Made by a program: the position numbers and the translations under genes. 28,516 nt of DNA, taken from a virus (Duplodnaviria > Caudoviricetes). Positions 24,903 to 28,516 of this stretch are shown piece after piece (within the stretch, counting starts at the first letter, position 1; every line of letters starts with the position of its first letter). The notes under the pieces are model-generated. The model made no database searches and was not told the origin of the DNA. It saw only the letters and a list, made by a program, of their open reading frames with translations. The stretch spans positions 1-28,516 of the IMG/VR virus record IMGVR_UViG_3300017747_001699. The stretch is one strand, 5' to 3'.

Positions 24903-25441
24903 TTATGACGTTGTGTTTTATAACTATCACTTACTAAAAAGTTACTCTTTCCATACGGGTTCATATCCGGGAAGATATTGTTATCCGTATTATTTGTATA
25001 TTCGGGGAAAAGATTTGTATTAAAACGCAAATAATCAACCATTCGCTTGGTGTAGAACCTCGCATTCTCACGCGCTTTCTCTTTTAAAGATTCCATCTCA
25101 CCTTTAGTTACAGGTGTAGTATCTTCGCTTTGTCTTGAAACCAAGTTTCCATTGTCGTGCTTATACAATAGTGATGGGTAAAGCTCTACCATAACCCACC
25201 AAATTAACAACTTAATCACGTAATCATTCAATAATGTTTCGTACTGGTTCTCTAAAGTTCCATTAGCGACATCATCCTTTAATTTGTTGGTTAAGTTAGT
25301 ACCTAAAAAGTTTTGTAGGTACATATCCTGCGCTACATAAATGCAAGGTCTGATGATATTAGGATCAACTGCATCAGTTAACGGAGTGTACTTCTTTAAA
25401 AGTTCCTCGTTAATCAAAAGTATTTCTTGTGGGATTGCCAT
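24866..25441 (-). CDS. Head-tail adaptor (DUF6712-like)
   Basis: VDP..I.P.I.VAQD.YLQ.FLGT.L and ARFYTKRMVDYL...FPEY; downstream of portal. Confidence 0.7.
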   Translation of the reverse strand: MAIPQEILLINEELLKKYTPLTDAVDPNIIRPCIYVAQDMYLQNFLGTNLTNKLKDDVANGTLENQYETLLNDYVIKLLIWWVMVELYPSLLYKHDNGNLVSRQSEDTTPVTKGEMESLKEKARENARFYTKRMVDYLRFNTNLFPEYTNNTDNNIFPDMNPYGKSNFLVSDSYKTQRHKWSIQNFLPPTY

Positions 25442-25453
25442 AATTTCAATTTT

Positions 25454-27265
25454 TTAGTTTATTCTACCGCCATTTGGAAAGTCCTTCATCGGCTTCTTTG
25501 CATCTTGGTAACCTACCGTTGTATCCATTGGTGAAAAGCCTTCCGCTTCTGCTTTTCTAACCGCTATCTTTACCTCATTATCCATCCCTTCATTAGGTAA
25601 GAATTTACCACCTTGTCGCTTTCTTTTATAAATTGCTCTCATCCAAAAATGATGACAATTAACACCGCCTTTATAGCGGAATATATTGTAAGTTGTTTTG
25701 CCTTGTTCAGCAAATTGACCATTTACACCTGCGGTACTCATTTCCTGAATATCCTCGTATCTCCATACAATTCCACCCTTCGAAAGACGTACCATTTCAC
25801 GACAAAACTCGCGTGACTTTTCACTTATCCAAGTTGAATATCTATAACGCACCTTATAAAGTCCTGCATCTAATTTACTCTTTTGGTCAGGGTCAGCATA
25901 CGAATCGAGCGCCTGGTTTACTTTGGTGAAGTTTTCTTCGTTATCATAATCACCAACCTCACATTCTTCAACAAGTTCCCACTCATCTAAATCAATCAAC
26001 TCACCACATTCGGCAAGGTGTTTTAGGAATTGCTTTCCTTCTTCATCCGTGAAATCATCGCTTGATGAACAGCAGACTTGAGAAATGCTTTGGTGTTCGC
26101 AGTTAACTTTTTTTTTTTCTTTTGACTGCGTTACAGGTGCTTCAGTTGTTTGTTCGGGAATAAACAAATCGTTAGGCGTAATCTTAACCCCCTGTGGAAC
26201 TCCGATAGACCTAAATAACTCATCTACTCCATCGCAGATAATACGTTGGAAAGGCTCAATAACTTGTTTGGTAAACAAATACATCGATGTCTTAAGTTCA
26301 TCGGTATTTGAACCCAACCCACCACCATCACGAATACCAAAAAGAAGCGGTGAAGTAACGCGGTGAGCAATCAAGATTTGGTTTGTACTTTCCGTACTTA
26401 AGAACTCATATTGTTTGTCGCTATCGGAAATTGGGAAAGCGGTAAACTCAACACCTCTATCTCTTTCTTCATTAAAAAATGTCAACACCTTTCCTGCATT
26501 TTCTGCACCTTGGATGCTTAATTGCAGTTGTTGTTTAATCATTCTTTGCTCTTCTAACGTAGGAATTCCGTTGTTAAATGATGCAATTAACGAAGGAAAG
26601 AAGCCATTTAAAATATTATTAACGTGATATTCTCCAATCTGACGAGTCAATTCAATCCAATTAATAGATCCGATGTAATCTGGCTTCGGGTAATACTCAC
26701 TACCTACCATCATCGAATGTTGAAACATAACTTGTTTCGGGTTTTCCTCTTTGGTATTTACGTCAAAGAAAGGAATATAATGAGGATTGTTTTTCTTTTT
26801 ACGAGTATCTGACCAATCGCGTGAATACCAAACGCCAGTCACATCATCGTTATCATCGGAACAAGCCAATCGGCAGTTCTCGTATGGTAAGTGATTGATT
26901 TGTGCAATGGTGCTTCTATCCATTGACCAAATTACCTCCCAATAGAATCCACCGTGCAACTTTAAATCAAGCGCAGTTGAATGCAAGACCTTATCTAATT
27001 TCAATCTTTGAATCTCGCGCAAGGTTACTTGTGATGGCGCAGTAAATTCCTTACCCGCAATCATAAACGCGATACTATTTACGAGCGCACCGTGAACAGG
27101 TGAAGTGTTATATAGTTCAATCAAGTATTGAGGAAAGTGATTACCTTCACCATAAGCCACCCATCCCTTCCTATCTTCAAACTCAATAGGCTCTATTTTA
27201 ACGTACTTGGCTAACTCTACTTGAGTTGCACTAAACCTGTCAACTATTGATTTATTTTTATCCAT
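25454..27265 (-). CDS. Portal protein with C-terminal MuF-like extension
   Basis: Portal motifs WVAYGEGN.FP.YL..LY..SP.H, YYPKPDY, GAENAGK and ILIAHRVTSPLLFGI in residues 1-370. C-terminal SREFC..M...R.EDI...YKGGVNCHHFW domain. Confidence 0.9.
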   Translation of the reverse strand: MDKNKSIVDRFSATQVELAKYVKIEPIEFEDRKGWVAYGEGNHFPQYLIELYNTSPVHGALVNSIAFMIAGKEFTAPSQVTLREIQRLKLDKVLHSTALDLKLHGGFYWEVIWSMDRSTIAQINHLPYENCRLACSDDNDDVTGVWYSRDWSDTRKKKNNPHYIPFFDVNTKEENPKQVMFQHSMMVGSEYYPKPDYIGSINWIELTRQIGEYHVNNILNGFFPSLIASFNNGIPTLEEQRMIKQQLQLSIQGAENAGKVLTFFNEERDRGVEFTAFPISDSDKQYEFLSTESTNQILIAHRVTSPLLFGIRDGGGLGSNTDELKTSMYLFTKQVIEPFQRIICDGVDELFRSIGVPQGVKITPNDLFIPEQTTEAPVTQSKEKKKVNCEHQSISQVCCSSSDDFTDEEGKQFLKHLAECGELIDLDEWELVEECEVGDYDNEENFTKVNQALDSYADPDQKSKLDAGLYKVRYRYSTWISEKSREFCREMVRLSKGGIVWRYEDIQEMSTAGVNGQFAEQGKTTYNIFRYKGGVNCHHFWMRAIYKRKRQGGKFLPNEGMDNEVKIAVRKAEAEGFSPMDTTVGYQDAKKPMKDFPNGGRIN

Positions 27266-27665
27266 TGTATTCGATGTCGCTTGGAATAATTATATTAGGT
27301 TGGTCGTAATAGTTTATTAATGTTTCCATTTGAATAAACCCTCTTTTAATCTCACCAACCACAACCGCGTTTTGTGGGTCAAGATTAGTAGTTGAGTTTT
27401 GACCATATATAATGAAGTTATACCGCCCACCATTAACAACATAGATAGAACCATTAGTTGGATCATCGTCATTTGTACTAATTGCCAAAGTCGTGACCCT
27501 ATCGTTCTCGCTGATTTGAGTGGGGATAACATAGTAAGTTTCTAAAGTAATTTCGTTTTGAATCATCAAAAGATAATCCGTATACGTTGTATCAAAAAGC
27601 AAAACCCCCTCCTTTAGAGAAAGGAGAAGGGTCTGCGATGCGGTATTCGTTTGAAGGTAATTCAT
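27258..27665 (-). CDS. Head closure-like structural protein
   Basis: GRYNFIIYGQNSTTNLDP..A..VGEIKRG; between major tail and portal genes. Confidence 0.55.
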   Translation of the reverse strand: MNYLQTNTASQTLLLSLKEGVLLFDTTYTDYLLMIQNEITLETYYVIPTQISENDRVTTLAISTNDDDPTNGSIYVVNGGRYNFIIYGQNSTTNLDPQNAVVVGEIKRGFIQMETLINYYDQPNIIIPSDIEYNG

Positions 27666-27673
27666 CCCTTAAA

Positions 27674-27681
27674 CAAATATA
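27674..27681 (-). promoter_or_regulatory. Possible primary-sigma -7 element
   Basis: TATATTTG 8 nt upstream of ATG 27665; no clear -33 element. Confidence 0.4.
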
Positions 27682-27683
27682 AG

Positions 27684-28229
27684 TTAAATAGTTGGTGCGA
27701 CTACAGTTATAGAAGCAAAGTTATCAAATGGAGTTGCACTAAATGACTCCAAGCGGTAAGCCTTATGGGCTTCTTCTGCAGTAAAGGTAATAGTGTAACC
27801 ATTCAAATCACCTTTAGCAGTTCCAGTTGAAGTTGAAGCAGCAGTAACTTCTGCACCATCAACTTTACCAACCATCCATATATTGTTGTTGTTATCTTGT
27901 ACAAATACGACAAGACGGTTTTTAGCAACTAATTCAAGTTGTTTTCTACGTGCAGCAGTCAACTTAAAGAATGTAGCGGTAACTGTTTGAGTGTAGAAAA
28001 TTGTTCCATTCTCAACAGATGAAGCCACCTCTTCGGTAAAGTTTCCTGTGTGCTTTGGTAGTGTGTATTGATACACGGAAGCGGTAGGCAAGCCATCAAT
28101 TTCTTCACTTGTAGCATCTACAGTAACTCCACTTTGGAAGTCAACTAATTGCTGCAAGAAGATAGCCTTAATACCGCCTACAGTTTCTTTGCAATCTAAT
28201 GCAAATCCTGCGGTTAATTCACAAGCCAT
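27684..28229 (-). CDS. Major tail tube protein
   Basis: MACELTAG..LDCKETVGGIK, S.ENGTIFYTQ and TGTAKGDLNGYTITFTAEE; directly after the capsid gene. Confidence 0.8.
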   Translation of the reverse strand: MACELTAGFALDCKETVGGIKAIFLQQLVDFQSGVTVDATSEEIDGLPTASVYQYTLPKHTGNFTEEVASSVENGTIFYTQTVTATFFKLTAARRKQLELVAKNRLVVFVQDNNNNIWMVGKVDGAEVTAASTSTGTAKGDLNGYTITFTAEEAHKAYRLESFSATPFDNFASITVVAPTI

Positions 28230-28262
28230 ATTATTATAATTTTAATTGTTATTATTTACAAT

Positions 28263-28294
28263 AAAAGGCAGGGGACTTATTCCCCCACCTTTTT
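28263..28294 (-). terminator. Intrinsic terminator after the major capsid gene
   Basis: Minus strand GGUGGGGGA-AUAAG-UCCCCUGCC-UUUU with tandem G-U pairs. Confidence 0.8.
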
Positions 28295-28308
28295 ACTTGT
28301 GTTTATTT

Positions 28309-28516
28309 TTAGTCAATGTAACCGATAGCAACATCAGAACCGAAACCGATTTGAGTTCCTACGCGGAATTTCATTGCCATACGAACCATATCAGATGCAT
28401 CAGTCAAAGACATATCTACAACTTTAACTTCTGCGAAGTCGCTATTGGCATCTACACCAACAAACAAGTTGTCAACTTTAGATACAACGATAGTACCTGT
28501 AGTCATTCCAGGACAA
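28309..28516 (-). CDS. Major capsid protein, 3' part
   Basis: ...VKVVDMSLTDASDMVRMAMKFRVGTQIGFGSDVAIGYID*, in frame with 1-821 through the overlap. Confidence 0.9.
   Translation of the reverse strand, partial: CPGMTTGTIVVSKVDNLFVGVDANSDFAEVKVVDMSLTDASDMVRMAMKFRVGTQIGFGSDVAIGYID
28394..28516. repeat. Terminal direct repeat, right copy
   Basis: Identical to 1-123. Confidence 0.97.

Noticed and set aside
878-26812. Other short opposite-strand or nested ORFs in the track (e.g. 878, 1572, 3338, 12378, 15169, 17224, 18840, 23648, 26085)
   Set aside because: They lie within or antisense to well-supported genes, have no motifs, and show the biased composition typical of shadow frames.
28394-28516. 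123-bp terminal repeat as a biological DTR or att site
   Set aside because: It falls in the middle of the capsid gene and is best explained as an assembler overlap of a circular contig.
1-28516. Stop-codon reassignment, CRISPR array, diversity-generating retroelement, integrase
   Set aside because: Genes tile densely under the standard code with TAA, TAG and TGA all used as stops; no repeat-spacer array, reverse transcriptase or recombinase motifs were seen.

Overview
The window is an apparently complete, circularly permuted genome (28,393 bp unique; 1-123 repeats exactly at 28394-28516) of a small siphovirus-like tailed phage. The host is almost certainly Bacteroidota (Flavobacteriales-like), judged by TTTG-N21-TATATTTG promoters, A-rich non-Shine-Dalgarno starts and the gene content. 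A leftward arm carries the regulators (VRR-NUC, ECF-type sigma factor), small terminase, tail, head and lysis genes. The major capsid gene spans the window junction and was missed by the ORF track. A rightward arm (16.5-22.5 kb) carries early/replication genes (SSB, Cro-like HTH, DnaA domain-IV protein, DnaD-like initiator) and, unusually, the large terminase. I saw no integrase, polymerase, helicase, tRNA, CRISPR array or reverse transcriptase. The most interesting region is a regulatory block at 14.3-16.5 kb. It holds a Fur-box-like palindrome, a phage sigma factor with a recurring candidate promoter (TGCGTCT) before late genes and itself, and a Cys-rich/membrane gene pair. It also holds an attenuator-like leader that runs into a ~330-nt, highly base-paired, ORF-free RNA. 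Two slippery homopolymers predict recoded products: tail chaperone G/GT, and a short portal versus a portal-MuF fusion. All calls are by-eye motif recognition; no database searches were run.
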